Source: Vulcanimicrobiota bacterium (GTDB lineage: Bacteria > Vulcanimicrobiota > Vulcanimicrobiia > Eremiobacterales > Eremiobacteraceae). Taken from it: a stretch of DNA of 64,000 nucleotides. The stretch covers positions 640,001 to 704,000 of the forward strand of contig CAWDVP010000002.1 of NCBI GenBank assembly GCA_963805945.1, written 5' to 3'. The position numbers and the translations under genes were made by a program. Positions 51,255 through 61,451 of the stretch are shown here, piece by piece. How positions within the stretch are numbered: the stretch's first letter is position 1; the number at the start of each line of letters is the position of its first letter. The notes beneath the pieces are model-generated. The model did not search any database and was not told where the DNA came from. It was given only the letters and a program-made list of their open reading frames with translations.

Positions 51255-52133
51255 ATGGACCTCACACGCGGCCGGCTCATCGTGTGTCCGACGCCGCTCG
51301 GCAATCTGGAAGATATGACCGCGCGCGCGCTGCGCGCGTTACGCGAGTGCGACGTGGTCGTGGCCGAAGACACCCGCGTGACCGGCAATCTGCTGCGGCA
51401 TTTCGGCATCGTCAAGCCGCTGCGTTCGCTGCACGAGCGCGTCGAAGCGCAGCGCTTGCGCGAGATCCGCGGCCTGCTCGAGGAAGGCAAGACGGTCGCG
51501 TTCGCCACCGACGCCGGCATGCCGGGCATCTCCGATCCCGGCGGCGCGCTCGTGCGCATGGCGCGCGAAGCCGGTGCCGCGATCGACGTGCTGCCGGGTC
51601 CAACGGCGTTCGTCGGCGCGCTCGTGCTCAGCGGCTTCGATGTCAGCCGCTTCCGCTTCGACGGCTTCCCGCCGCGCAAGCAGGGCGAACGGCGCGCGTA
51701 CTTGCACTCGCTCGCGGCCGAGACGTGCGCGGTCGCGTGGTACGAGGCGCCGACGCGCGTCATCGCGCTGCTCGACGACGTCGAACGCGAGTTGCCCGAC
51801 CGGCGCGTCTTCGTGCTGCGCGAATACACCAAGAAATTCGAACAGCACGTGCTGGGGACCGCGCGCGAAGCGAAAGCGGCGATCGCACGCCCGCCGCGCG
51901 GCGAGTTCAGCGTCGTGCTCGAGGGCGCGCGCGTTGTCGCGGCGCCGGACGAGATTCCACCCGAGGCGATCGTGGCGGTCCGCAAACTCATCGCGCGCGG
52001 CAGCGGTGCGCGCGACGCGGTCGAGGCGGTGGCGCTCGCGACAGGCCTGCCGAAGCACGCGCTGTACAAACTCGCGCACCCGCCCGCGATATCTACTGGG
52101 TCGGCGCCGCGCGCGCCTCGCGTCAAGAAATAG
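51255..52133 (+). CDS. rsmI: 16S rRNA C1402 2'-O-methyltransferase
   Basis: PTPLGNLEDMTARA, AEDTR, TDAGMPGISDPG, YEAPTR, RGEF. Confidence 0.95.
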   Translation: MDLTRGRLIVCPTPLGNLEDMTARALRALRECDVVVAEDTRVTGNLLRHFGIVKPLRSLHERVEAQRLREIRGLLEEGKTVAFATDAGMPGISDPGGALVRMAREAGAAIDVLPGPTAFVGALVLSGFDVSRFRFDGFPPRKQGERRAYLHSLAAETCAVAWYEAPTRVIALLDDVERELPDRRVFVLREYTKKFEQHVLGTAREAKAAIARPPRGEFSVVLEGARVVAAPDEIPPEAIVAVRKLIARGSGARDAVEAVALATGLPKHALYKLAHPPAISTGSAPRAPRVKK

Positions 52134-52898
52134 ATGCACCCCGAGTGGTGGGTGCTCGTGGCGCTCGGCGTCACCGCGTTTTTCGCCGGCGCGGTGGATG
52201 CGATCGGCGGGGGCGGCGGACTGCTCAACGTGCCGGCACTGTTGCTCGCCGGGCTGCCGCCGCAGCTGGCCCTCGGCACCAACAAACTCGCCGGCATCGC
52301 CGGCACTGCGACCGCGACCGCGACCTTCGCGGCGGCGCGCGCGATCCGTTGGCCGATCGTCATCGCCGGTGCCGTTGCAGCATTCGTCGGCGGGCTGCTC
52401 GGCGCACGGACGGTGCTGCACATCGATCCCGCGCTGCTGCGCATCGTCGTGTCGGTGCTGCTGCTCGTCGCGTCGGTCGTCGTCGTGCTGCGGCCGCAGA
52501 TCGGTGAACGTCCAGCCGCGAGCGTCGCCGAGCGTTCGATCTGGCGCTCTGGCGCGATCGGCTTGGCGACGGGCTATTACGACGGCTTCTTCGGCCCCGG
52601 CGCCGGCACGTTCATGGTGTTCTTGTTCGTCGCGCTGCTCGGGCTGGATTTCCTCGCCGCGACCGGCGTCGCCAAAGCCGCGAACCTCGCCTCGAATCTC
52701 GGCGCGATCATCGTGTTCGCGCTCGCCGGCACGATCGACTATCGCATCGGCCTCATCATGGCGGGAGGCGCGATCGCCGGCAGCTTCACCGGCTCGCGTC
52801 TCGCGCTCGCCCGCGGCGCCGCGTTCGTGCGCTACGTGTTCCTCGGCATCGCGGTCGCACTCGCCCTACGGTTGTTGTGGCAGGCACTGCACGGCTAG
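52134..52898 (+). CDS. TSUP/TauE (YfcA-like) transporter
   Basis: AGAVDAIGGGGGL, ALGTNKL, GYYDGFFGPGAGTF. Confidence 0.92.
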   Translation: MHPEWWVLVALGVTAFFAGAVDAIGGGGGLLNVPALLLAGLPPQLALGTNKLAGIAGTATATATFAAARAIRWPIVIAGAVAAFVGGLLGARTVLHIDPALLRIVVSVLLLVASVVVVLRPQIGERPAASVAERSIWRSGAIGLATGYYDGFFGPGAGTFMVFLFVALLGLDFLAATGVAKAANLASNLGAIIVFALAGTIDYRIGLIMAGGAIAGSFTGSRLALARGAAFVRYVFLGIAVALALRLLWQALHG

Positions 52899-52920
52899 CC
52901 GCACAAGCAACACGTGACGT

Positions 52921-54456
52921 ATGAGCAAAGATAGCTATTACCTGACCACGCCGCTGTACTACACGAACAGCACGCCGCACATCGGCCACGCCTACAGCAC
53001 GATCGCCGCCGACATCCTGGCGCGTTTTCACCGCGTCACGGGCAACGGCCGCGCGCATTTCCTCACCGGGACCGACGAACATGGCCCCAAAGTCGCCGAT
53101 GCCGCCGCCGCCGCGGGCAAGACGCCCAAGCAGTTCGTCGACGAGATCGTCGAGCGCTGGAAGGCGCAGTGGCTCGAGCTCAACATCGGCTACGACCAGT
53201 TCATCCGCACCACCGATCCGGACCATGAAGCCGCCGTGCAGCAGATCTTCACCACGCTGCGCGAGAAAGGCGACATCGTCGCCGGTCCATACGAAGGCTG
53301 GTACTGCCGCAACGACGAGACCTTCTGGGTGGAGAGCAAGCTCAAAGATGGGCGTTGTCCGAATCCGGAGTGCGGCCGCCCGGTGGAATGGGTCTCGGAA
53401 GACGCGTGGTTCTTCCGGCTGTCGGCGTATCGGGATACGCTGCTCGAGCATTTCCGCGCGCATCCGGACTGGGTGCGCCCGCAGAGCGCATACAACGAGA
53501 TGATGGCGATCATCGAAGGCGGGCTCGAGGATCTGTGCGTTACGCGCACGAGCGTGCCGTGGGGCGTGCCGATGCCTGATGGCGGCGGCACCATCTACGT
53601 GTGGTTCGACGCGATCTGCAACTACGCGACCGCTGCCGGCTACCCGCACGACATGCAACGCTTCGAGCGGCTGTGGCCGGCGGACGTGCATCTCATCGGT
53701 AAGGAGATCGCGCGCTTCCACACGATCATCTGGCCCGCGCTGCTGCTCGCGCTCGGATTGCCGCCGCCGAAACTCGTCTTCGCCAACGGCTGGATCACCA
53801 TGGACGGCGCCAAGATGAGCAAGAGCCTCGGCAACTTCATCACCGCGGGCGAACTCGTGGAGCGATTCTCTGTGGACGGCGTGCGCTATCTGCTGTTCGC
53901 GCAGGCGACGTTCGGCACCGACTTCAGCCTCAGCGACGAGGGGTTGCTGCACCGCTACAACGCCGACCTCGCCAACGATCTCGGCAATCTCGTGCAGCGC
54001 ACGCTCTCGATGCTGCAGCGCTATCGCGCCGGCAAAGTGCCGAAGTCCGCTGACTCGTCGTTGGCTAAAGGCTTCGACGATGCGCGCGACGCGGTGGTCA
54101 GCGCACTGAACGCGTTGGATTTCCGCGGCGCGCTGGCCGCGACGTGGGAGCGCGTCGGTGCGCTTAACCTGCACGTCGAGCAGAGCAAGCCGTGGGAGCT
54201 CAACAAGAAGGGCGATGAGGCGGGGCTCGACGCGGTGCTCTACGAGCTGTGCGAAGGCGTGCGTTGGCTCGGCGCGTTCGTGTATCCGTTCATGCCGTCC
54301 ACCGGCGAGGCGATCTGGAAAGCGCTCGGACAAAGCGGCGTGCCCGGCGACCGCTGGGAGCAGACGTTGCGCTGGGGCGGGCTCGCCGCCGGCACGCAGA
54401 CCACGCTGCCGCCTGCGCTCTTCCCCCGAGCTGAGGCGGACGTCAAAGCTTCGTGA
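52921..54456 (+). CDS. metG: Methionine--tRNA ligase (short form)
   Basis: YTNSTPHIGHAY, TGTDEHG, YVWFDA, KMSKS; no C-terminal Trbp domain. Confidence 0.97.
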   Translation: MSKDSYYLTTPLYYTNSTPHIGHAYSTIAADILARFHRVTGNGRAHFLTGTDEHGPKVADAAAAAGKTPKQFVDEIVERWKAQWLELNIGYDQFIRTTDPDHEAAVQQIFTTLREKGDIVAGPYEGWYCRNDETFWVESKLKDGRCPNPECGRPVEWVSEDAWFFRLSAYRDTLLEHFRAHPDWVRPQSAYNEMMAIIEGGLEDLCVTRTSVPWGVPMPDGGGTIYVWFDAICNYATAAGYPHDMQRFERLWPADVHLIGKEIARFHTIIWPALLLALGLPPPKLVFANGWITMDGAKMSKSLGNFITAGELVERFSVDGVRYLLFAQATFGTDFSLSDEGLLHRYNADLANDLGNLVQRTLSMLQRYRAGKVPKSADSSLAKGFDDARDAVVSALNALDFRGALAATWERVGALNLHVEQSKPWELNKKGDEAGLDAVLYELCEGVRWLGAFVYPFMPSTGEAIWKALGQSGVPGDRWEQTLRWGGLAAGTQTTLPPALFPRAEADVKAS

Positions 54457-55229
54457 CCCTGGTCGACACCCACGCGCATCTCGACGGCTCGGATTTCGAC
54501 GCCGACCTCGCCGACGTGCTCGCACGCGCGCGCGCCGCGGGCGTCGCCGCGATGGTGTCGTGCGGACAAGACGAGGCGACGAGCTCGGCGACGCTGGCCC
54601 TCGCGCGCGCGCATACGGTCATCGCGCCGGCGGTCGGCGTGCATCCGCACGAAGCCAAGTCCGCCGGCGATCTGCGCTGGCTCGAGACGATGCTCGACGA
54701 CGAGCGGGTCGTCGCGGTCGGCGAGATGGGCCTTGATTACCATTACGATTTCTCACCGCGCGACGTGCAGCGCGCGGTCTTCGCGCGCCAGCTCGACATC
54801 GCACGCGCGCGCGATCTCCCCGTCATCATGCATTGCCGCGAATCGGAAGAGGATCTCGTCGCCACCCTGCGGGCCGCGCGTTTCGACTCTAGCAGGCGCG
54901 GCGTCTTGCATTGCTTCACCGGCACGTTCGAGTTCGGCGAGCGGCTCATCGGTGAGTTCGGCGTCTACTTGGGTCTCGGCGGCGCGGTGACGTTCAAGAA
55001 CGCGAAGGAGCTGCATGACGCGGCTGCGCGTCTGCCGGTCGAGCATCTCGTGCTCGAAACGGATTGCCCGTTCATGACGCCGGCGCCGTATCGCGGCAAG
55101 CGCAACGAGCCGGCATACGTGACGCTCACGTGCGCGCGCCTGGCCGAATTGCGTGGGGCAGACGTAGAGTCCATCGCCGCGGCGACGACGGCGAACGCGC
55201 TGCGCCTCTTCCCGAAATTACTTATGTAG
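54453..55229 (+). CDS. tatD: TatD-family nuclease
   Basis: DTHAHL, GVHPH, VGEMGLDY, HCRE, LHCF, LETDCPF. Confidence 0.95.
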   Translation: MTLVDTHAHLDGSDFDADLADVLARARAAGVAAMVSCGQDEATSSATLALARAHTVIAPAVGVHPHEAKSAGDLRWLETMLDDERVVAVGEMGLDYHYDFSPRDVQRAVFARQLDIARARDLPVIMHCRESEEDLVATLRAARFDSSRRGVLHCFTGTFEFGERLIGEFGVYLGLGGAVTFKNAKELHDAAARLPVEHLVLETDCPFMTPAPYRGKRNEPAYVTLTCARLAELRGADVESIAAATTANALRLFPKLLM

Positions 55230-55248
55230 GGCCGACCTCTAGGTCGGC
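55223..55248. repeat. GTAG-headed REP-like palindrome supplying the tatD stop codon
   Basis: TATGTAGGGCCGACCTCTAGGTCGGC; TAG at 55227-55229 ends tatD. Confidence 0.75.
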
Positions 55249-55319
55249 TCATGCGAAGCTCGGGAGAAGTGATGCCCCTCATCCAGGAGCGGGTGGGGGA
55301 CGGCGCAAAGGTCAACGCG

Positions 55320-56618
55320 ATGCATGTCCCTCGCCGATTCTCTTCCACGTGGGTCGCGGTTCTTTTCGCCCTCGGCATCGCTGCGAGTGGCGGCGGTTGC
55401 GGCGGTTCTTCGAGCGTGATGTCGGGGAATGGCGGCTCCGGAACGCCGACACCGGTGCCATCGATTCGCGACGACTGGCCGATGTATGGGCACGACGCGC
55501 GGCACACGTCGGCCTCGGTCGGCAGCATCGCAGGATCGCTCAAGGTGGCGTGGCGGTATAACCCAGTGGCCGCGCCGAGCGACACGTTCAGCACGGTCTA
55601 CAACGCGGTCGGCACGATCTCAGGCGTCTACGTGCATTGGTTTCAAAGCGGCGTGTCGATCTTGAGCGCCGGCCCCTCCGTCGACGCCGTGTCGACTGGA
55701 GGCGGGCGGACATGGACCTTTGTGGAACTGCGCGATTACGACGAAGGTCATTGGCTTAGCATCTTCAACAACGGCGTCGTCCTCCAAGATGACGGAGAGC
55801 CGAACCTCGATACAGGCACCGGCAAGGTCGTGAAGTATCTCGCGAGCAGCTACGATTCGTGGGGCGAGACGATACCTGATCCGTCGGGGTTCTACGGCGC
55901 GAACACATTTATCGCCGATGGACCGAATCTGTTCGTCTACTCATTTGATGCGAGCAACGCATTGCGCTGGAAAGCCCTTCAGCAGACGGGCACCAAGTAC
56001 TCGCAGGACGCGAATGGTGGGATCTTGCTCTCCAACGGCGTTCTGTTCTACGCCGCCAGCTACTCCGACCCGGTGCCGCATGCGTCAGGCATCTATGGGC
56101 TCAACTCTTCCACGGGTACGCAGGTCGCATATGTGGCGGCCAACCCATCGTCGGAGATGAGCGCCGACGCGAGCAATATCTATCTCGTCGAGAACAACAC
56201 GAGCCTCGTCGCGCGAACGCAGTCCAATCTCGGGGCCGTGTGGTCGACGAATATCGGGTTCGGGTCGTATGCGGCGCCGGTGCTGGCAAACGGTCTCGTC
56301 ATCGTGGCGACCGGGAGCGGGGTCGGGGCGTATAACGCCAGCACTGGGAAGGTGGCGTGGACGTCGCCGGTCTCCGTCTCTTACGGCGGGCAGTACGGCA
56401 CCGCGATGTGCGCGGCGCTCGGCAGCAACACGCTGCTCGTCACCGGCAACGACGGCCTCCACGTCTTAAACCTGGCGACCGGAGCCGAGATCTGGCACGG
56501 CGCCGTGGCGGGCGCGCAGGGAACCGTCGCAAACCCGGTGATCGTGAACAACCCGGCTCTAGGCGTGACGGTCTACGTCACCGACAGTCGCGGCGTCATC
56601 GCGCTGATCCCAGGCTAG
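55320..56618 (+). CDS. Secreted/lipoprotein PQQ-like beta-propeller protein
   Basis: Signal plus GGGC, DWPMYGHDARHT, repeated A-x-N-x-x-TG-x-x-x-W motifs. Confidence 0.8.
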   Translation: MHVPRRFSSTWVAVLFALGIAASGGGCGGSSSVMSGNGGSGTPTPVPSIRDDWPMYGHDARHTSASVGSIAGSLKVAWRYNPVAAPSDTFSTVYNAVGTISGVYVHWFQSGVSILSAGPSVDAVSTGGGRTWTFVELRDYDEGHWLSIFNNGVVLQDDGEPNLDTGTGKVVKYLASSYDSWGETIPDPSGFYGANTFIADGPNLFVYSFDASNALRWKALQQTGTKYSQDANGGILLSNGVLFYAASYSDPVPHASGIYGLNSSTGTQVAYVAANPSSEMSADASNIYLVENNTSLVARTQSNLGAVWSTNIGFGSYAAPVLANGLVIVATGSGVGAYNASTGKVAWTSPVSVSYGGQYGTAMCAALGSNTLLVTGNDGLHVLNLATGAEIWHGAVAGAQGTVANPVIVNNPALGVTVYVTDSRGVIALIPG

Positions 56619-56627
56619 CTGCTCGGG

Positions 56628-57143
56628 TTAAGACCCCGGCGCCGGAATCGTCACGCGGAACGGTTTGAACGCGCCCTTGGCGCACGAACCGCACTGGAAG
56701 ATCAACTTCGTGGGCACGTAGGATTTGTCGACGGGGAAGAGCGCCGTCTGCTTCACCGAGGCACCCTGCTGGATCGTCAGCGACACGGGCGTGAAGAAGT
56801 GCCCCGGGATCTCGAATGAGATGTCATCTTTGTCCGCGAGGGTGTAGCTCACGAGCTCGCCCCACGACGAAGTCGTGCCGTTGCGGATGATGGCGGTGAC
56901 CACCATGACCTTCTGACTCGCAAGCGGCACCACCGATTCGGGGTGATCCGCCGGCGTCGCGTCGCGGACTTCCACGACTTTGAAGCGGAGAACGCCGTTC
57001 CAGAGCGTGTCGCCGACCTTGCCGGAGATCGCGTTGAGCTGATTGGCGCCGCCGGGCACGGGCGTGGGTGCGGCGGCGACCTGCACCGCTCCGGCCAGAG
57101 CGAGCAGCGTCGCAAACGCGAGAACGCGGAGCGATGATGGCAT
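56628..57143 (-). CDS. Secreted hypothetical protein (DUF4352-like beta sandwich candidate)
   Basis: Signal peptide, GKVGDTL, VTAIIRN, C-terminal CGSC. Confidence 0.65.
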   Translation of the reverse strand: MPSSLRVLAFATLLALAGAVQVAAAPTPVPGGANQLNAISGKVGDTLWNGVLRFKVVEVRDATPADHPESVVPLASQKVMVVTAIIRNGTTSSWGELVSYTLADKDDISFEIPGHFFTPVSLTIQQGASVKQTALFPVDKSYVPTKLIFQCGSCAKGAFKPFRVTIPAPGS

Positions 57144-57223
57144 GGAAGATCCTTTCAGCGAAACGATGCGGACGGTGCAGGCGCGTTCGCCGGTCTCACG
57201 CCATACCCCGCCCGCTCGCTTGC

Positions 57224-57367
57224 TTAGTACGCGTGTGCCACGTGCACGTTGGCGTTGATCTTCGCCTGCGGCTGATCGAGTCGCGATGCGAACATCGGAA
57301 CGAGCAGCACCGCGACGAGGATCACCGCACAGACGGCGTCGATGATGTGTTGTGTTGAGAAGCGCAT
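57224..57367 (-). CDS. Small single-TM protein, 47 aa
   Basis: GGAGG SD; MRFSTQHIIDAVCAVILVAVLLVPMFASRLDQPQAKINANVHVAHAY; not in ORF track. Confidence 0.65.
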   Translation of the reverse strand: MRFSTQHIIDAVCAVILVAVLLVPMFASRLDQPQAKINANVHVAHAY

Positions 57368-57488
57368 GGTTCAAACCTCCGTGAGAGAGCGAGTGTTGAT
57401 GCTCTTATGGTACTCACGGGATGCGGGACGGACATCGTGGGAAACACCGAAGAAGGCCTGGCTGCAGTACGGATATTGTCGGTGCCGT

Positions 57489-58457
57489 TCAAGCCTGGCC
57501 GAGCGTTGCGTCCTGGAGCGCGGGAGGGCTGGAGCGTAAAACGGGCTCGGCCAGCGACCACATGCGGTCGAAATCCGCTCGCAGCGCCGTGGCACCGTCG
57601 CCGAAGTCAGCGGCCGGGGCGATGACGCCGATCTCGCGCGCCTCTTCAAGTCCGTTCCTTGTAAGGTTCGCGGACCCCACATAGATGCGATCGCCCGCAT
57701 CGATGTACTTCTCGTGTAGATGGGCGCCGGGCAGCGTGCGCAGCGCGACGCCTGAGGCGGCGAGGATGCGTAGCGATGCCGGCGATGCAGTCCCCTCACG
57801 CTTCACCAGCACTTCATCGAGCAGTCCGCGTTGCCGGCGCGCGACCAGTGCCCCGATGATCTGCGGATCGGAGAGGTCCTCCATTGCGATGCGCTCCGCA
57901 ACGGGCGCGTCAAGCAGCGAAGCGATCCGCTGCCTGGTGGCTGCGTCAGGCCCAGCGACGATGCGCTGCGCAGATGTGCCTTGGCCCTCGATCGCCGCGC
58001 GTACGACCGCAACGTCTTCAGCGGCGCGATCTTCGACGAGCACCTCACCCGGCTGCGAGAATCCGTCGGCATTAGGATTGGCGGTCGCGATGAACGCGCG
58101 AGAGCCATCCACGACCGCGGCTTTACCGTGCTCGAGAGCCAGCTCGTCGCCCTCGACGATGACGTGCACGCTGCTATCGAAGAGCTTCTCGTAGCCCGCG
58201 GCCGCGTCGCGCACGTGCGCGGACTGCGGTACGTGCTCGCCGCGATGCGCGTAACGGCCGCGATCGCCTTCGAGGAACAGCGTCACCGCGACGCCGCGGC
58301 GAGCGGCATCGTTCAATGAGGCGACGATAGAGGCGTCGCCGACGCTGTAGAATTGCGCTTCAATGGAGCTTCGCGCAGAATCGAATGCCGAGCACAGCTC
58401 GGCGCGCGCTGCGCTGCCCAGAGTGACGCGAAGATCTCCCACAGCAGAGCTTGTCAC
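57489..58457 (-). CDS. Phospholipase D superfamily protein (start uncertain)
   Basis: HGKAAVVD...TAN and variant HEKYIDAGD...GSANLT motifs. Confidence 0.8.
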   Translation of the reverse strand: MTSSAVGDLRVTLGSAARAELCSAFDSARSSIEAQFYSVGDASIVASLNDAARRGVAVTLFLEGDRGRYAHRGEHVPQSAHVRDAAAGYEKLFDSSVHVIVEGDELALEHGKAAVVDGSRAFIATANPNADGFSQPGEVLVEDRAAEDVAVVRAAIEGQGTSAQRIVAGPDAATRQRIASLLDAPVAERIAMEDLSDPQIIGALVARRQRGLLDEVLVKREGTASPASLRILAASGVALRTLPGAHLHEKYIDAGDRIYVGSANLTRNGLEEAREIGVIAPAADFGDGATALRADFDRMWSLAEPVLRSSPPALQDATLGQA

Positions 58458-58527
58458 GCGGGGAGCGTGGTTCGTCAAGCGTGCGGCCAGGAAAGCCCCA
58501 GAAACCGTGGAAACGCATACACGATTC

Positions 58528-59274
58528 ATGAGCACAGATAAAGGAAGCGTGGTCCGCGAGCTCTTCGACCGGATCGCCGCCCGCTATGACCGCGCCAACA
58601 CCGCCATGACGGGCGGTCTCGACGAGCTGTGGCGCCGCAGCGCCGTCGACCAGCTGCACGTCGCCGATGACGGGCATCTGCTCGACCTGTGTTGCGGCAC
58701 GGGCGCCCTGTCGCGCGACATGGCGCGCAAGGTCCCTGAAGGGCTGGTCGAAGGCGTGGACTTCAGTCCGAACATGCTCGAGGTCGCGCGTGCGAACAAG
58801 ATCCCGGCCAACGTCGTCTATCACCAAAGCGACGTCTTGCAGCTGCAGTTCGGCGACAACATCTTCGACGGCGCCGCGATGGGCTACTCGATGCGCAACA
58901 TCGTCGACATCGCTGCGTGTTTGCGCGAGATCGCGCGCGTGCTCAAACCCGGCGCGTCATTCGTCAACCTCGAGATCAGCAAACCGCCGAACCCGCTGTG
59001 GCGCAAGATGTTCTACGCCTACTTCTACAACGTGTTGCCCATCGTCGGCAAGATGGTCGGCGGCGACGCCGCGGCGTACAGATATCTGCCGCAGTCGCTC
59101 GTCAACTTCCCGGATGCGGATGGACTCGCGGCGCTCTTCCAGCACAACGGCTTCGCGCACGTGCGCTACGTGCGGCTCATGGGCGGCGTCGCCGCGCTGC
59201 ACATCGGCACGAAGGAACGCGTGGCGATCGCACCCGACCCGAACCGGCCGATCACGGCGGACCTGCTCGCATGA
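58528..59274 (+). CDS. menG: Demethylmenaquinone methyltransferase
   Basis: FDRIAARYDRAN, LDLCCGTG, GVDFSPNML, RVLKPG, YRYLPQS. Confidence 0.92.
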   Translation: MSTDKGSVVRELFDRIAARYDRANTAMTGGLDELWRRSAVDQLHVADDGHLLDLCCGTGALSRDMARKVPEGLVEGVDFSPNMLEVARANKIPANVVYHQSDVLQLQFGDNIFDGAAMGYSMRNIVDIAACLREIARVLKPGASFVNLEISKPPNPLWRKMFYAYFYNVLPIVGKMVGGDAAAYRYLPQSLVNFPDADGLAALFQHNGFAHVRYVRLMGGVAALHIGTKERVAIAPDPNRPITADLLA

Positions 59275-60278
59275 TAGAAGAGTCCGGCTCCGCCATCCAC
59301 GCGGTCGTCGAGGAATTCGTCCGCGAAGAGCTCTCGCATGAGAACGCGCACATCGCCGGCGCGGTGTGGAACATGCTCGACGCCGGCGGCAAGCGGCTGC
59401 GCCCGCGCATCACCATGCTCGCCGGCCGCGCGACCAATCCGAACGCGCCCGACGATCCGGTGCTCGCGTCATACATGGAGCTCATCCACGTCGCGACGCT
59501 GATCCACGACGACGTCCTCGACAACGCCGACATCCGCCGCGGCCGCGAATCCACCAATCACGCCTTCGGCAATCGCTTCTCGGTGCTCGCGGGCGACTAT
59601 CTCTTCTCGTGGGTGTTCAAGAAGATCACGCTCGGCTACGCCTCGCCGATCCCGACGATCCTCGCCGCCATGCTCGCCGAGATCTGCAACGGCGAAGTGA
59701 AGCAGTTGCGCGCGAGCGGCGATCTCGACATGACGCCGGAGCGCTATCTCGAGATCATCGGCAAGAAGACCGCGGAGCTGTTCGGCTCGTGCGCCGAGGT
59801 CGGCGCGATCAACGCGCTGCTCCATGCCGGTCGCGCGCCCGGGCCGGCGCTGCGTGACGACACGAGCGTGCGCGCGCTGCGCGAATACGGCCGCCTGTAC
59901 GGGCTCGCGTTCCAGATCCGCGACGATCTGTACGACGCGACCGCATCGCAAGCCGAACTCGGCAAACCCGCCGGCACCGATCTGCGCGAGAAGAAGATGA
60001 CCATGCCGCTCATCGAGGCGATCGCCGATGGCGGCGCACAAGCGCGCGGCCTCGTCGCCGCGCTTTTCAGGTTCGAAGATGCCGGCGCGCCGGAGGCGCA
60101 GGCAGCGCTCGAGCGCGTCGCCGGGTTGCTGAAAGGCAAGGAAGTTTCCAAACGCAGCAAACGCGCCATCGAGGACTATGCCAAAGCGGCGGAAGCGGCC
60201 CTCGGGGACCTCGCGCCGTCGCCCTCGCGCGACGAATTGGCCGGACTCGCCCGTTCTCTTAGCGTATTTTCATCGTAA
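59271..60278 (+). CDS. Polyprenyl diphosphate synthase
   Basis: GGKRLRP, LIHDDVLD, RRG, KTA, FQIRDDLYD, GKPAGTDL. Confidence 0.94.
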   Translation: MIEESGSAIHAVVEEFVREELSHENAHIAGAVWNMLDAGGKRLRPRITMLAGRATNPNAPDDPVLASYMELIHVATLIHDDVLDNADIRRGRESTNHAFGNRFSVLAGDYLFSWVFKKITLGYASPIPTILAAMLAEICNGEVKQLRASGDLDMTPERYLEIIGKKTAELFGSCAEVGAINALLHAGRAPGPALRDDTSVRALREYGRLYGLAFQIRDDLYDATASQAELGKPAGTDLREKKMTMPLIEAIADGGAQARGLVAALFRFEDAGAPEAQAALERVAGLLKGKEVSKRSKRAIEDYAKAAEAALGDLAPSPSRDELAGLARSLSVFSS

Positions 60279-60377
60279 GTGCAGGGCATCTGCGGCCGAT
60301 TCTCATACAATGGATGAGAGAAGGCGACGGCGTTCCCGGACGCTCGGACTTCGCCGCCTGAAAGGAGCCCCACCGCC

Positions 60378-60644
60378 ATGTCGCCCGTTTTCGCCATCAT
60401 CGACGCACCGATCATCGCCATCATCATCGGCGCCGCCGTGATCCTCTTCGGCGCGGAGCGCCTGCCCAAACTCGCGCGCTCCATGGGTCAAGCGAAGAAA
60501 GAATTCGAAGCCGCCGCCGCGGCCAAGACCCTGCCCCCTGACCCGGAAGCGCCGGCCACGCCGCCCGCCCCGCCGGCCGCTCCGCCCGTCGCGAACATAC
60601 CGCCGGCCACACCCCCGACCACGCCGCCGAGCCCGCAACAGTAG
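60378..60644 (+). CDS. tatA: Twin-arginine translocase TatA
   Basis: AAAGGAG RBS; ILFGAERLPKLARSMGQAKKEF; Pro-rich tail. Confidence 0.93.
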   Translation: MSPVFAIIDAPIIAIIIGAAVILFGAERLPKLARSMGQAKKEFEAAAAAKTLPPDPEAPATPPAPPAAPPVANIPPATPPTTPPSPQQ

Positions 60645-60652
60645 CCCGTCTC

Positions 60653-61414
60653 TTGAGCGAGGCCGACCAGGGCGACCTCAAGGACGGCGCAGAGATGACG
60701 TTTACGGAGCACCTCGCGGAGCTCCGTACGCGTTTGATCATCTCGATCGGCGTCGTCTCGGTCCTCTCACTCGTCGCGTTCCCCTTGATGCCCCATGTGC
60801 TCAAGCTGCTCGAGGCGTACTTCATCCCCGGGATCCAACTGCACGTCTTCTCGCCCGCCGAGATCATCCGCGTCTACATCAAGCTGTCGGTGCTGCTCGG
60901 TTTGATCGTCGGCTTTCCCATCGTGCTCTACCAGCTCTACGCGTTCGTCGCGCCTGCGCTCGACAAACGGGTGCGCACGCGCGTGGTGTGGTACGCCCTG
61001 CCTTCGCTGCTCATGTCGGTCGCGGGCATCGCGTTCTGCGGTCTGGTCGTGCTGCCGATCGTCATGCGCGCGCTCTTCGCGCTCACGCAGAGCTCGGGGC
61101 TCGAGGGCACGTATCAGCTCGATCCGACCATCGGCTTCATCGTCATCCTGCTCGGCATCTTCGCCATCATGTTCCAGCTGCCGATCGTGCTCTCGCTGCT
61201 CGCCAGCGTCGGCATCGTCAACGCGAAGATGCTCAGCGAGAAATGGCGTCACGCGGTGATCGCGATCCTCATCCTCGCGGGCATCGGCGCGCCGGACGGC
61301 AACCCGCTCACCATGGCGCTGCTCGCGCTGCCGCTCATCGGGCTGTACATGCTCAGCATCGTCGTGGTGCGGATCACTGAGCCCAAGGTCGCACGCGAGG
61401 AATCGCTAGCCTAG
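60653..61414 (+). CDS. tatC: Twin-arginine translocase TatC
   Basis: MTFTEHLAELRTRL, YAFVAPAL, FQLP, WRHAV, APDG. Confidence 0.94.
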   Translation: MSEADQGDLKDGAEMTFTEHLAELRTRLIISIGVVSVLSLVAFPLMPHVLKLLEAYFIPGIQLHVFSPAEIIRVYIKLSVLLGLIVGFPIVLYQLYAFVAPALDKRVRTRVVWYALPSLLMSVAGIAFCGLVVLPIVMRALFALTQSSGLEGTYQLDPTIGFIVILLGIFAIMFQLPIVLSLLASVGIVNAKMLSEKWRHAVIAILILAGIGAPDGNPLTMALLALPLIGLYMLSIVVVRITEPKVAREESLA

Positions 61415-61451
61415 GAATGGCCCGCAAAGCGGCAGAACAGCGCGGCGTTCC

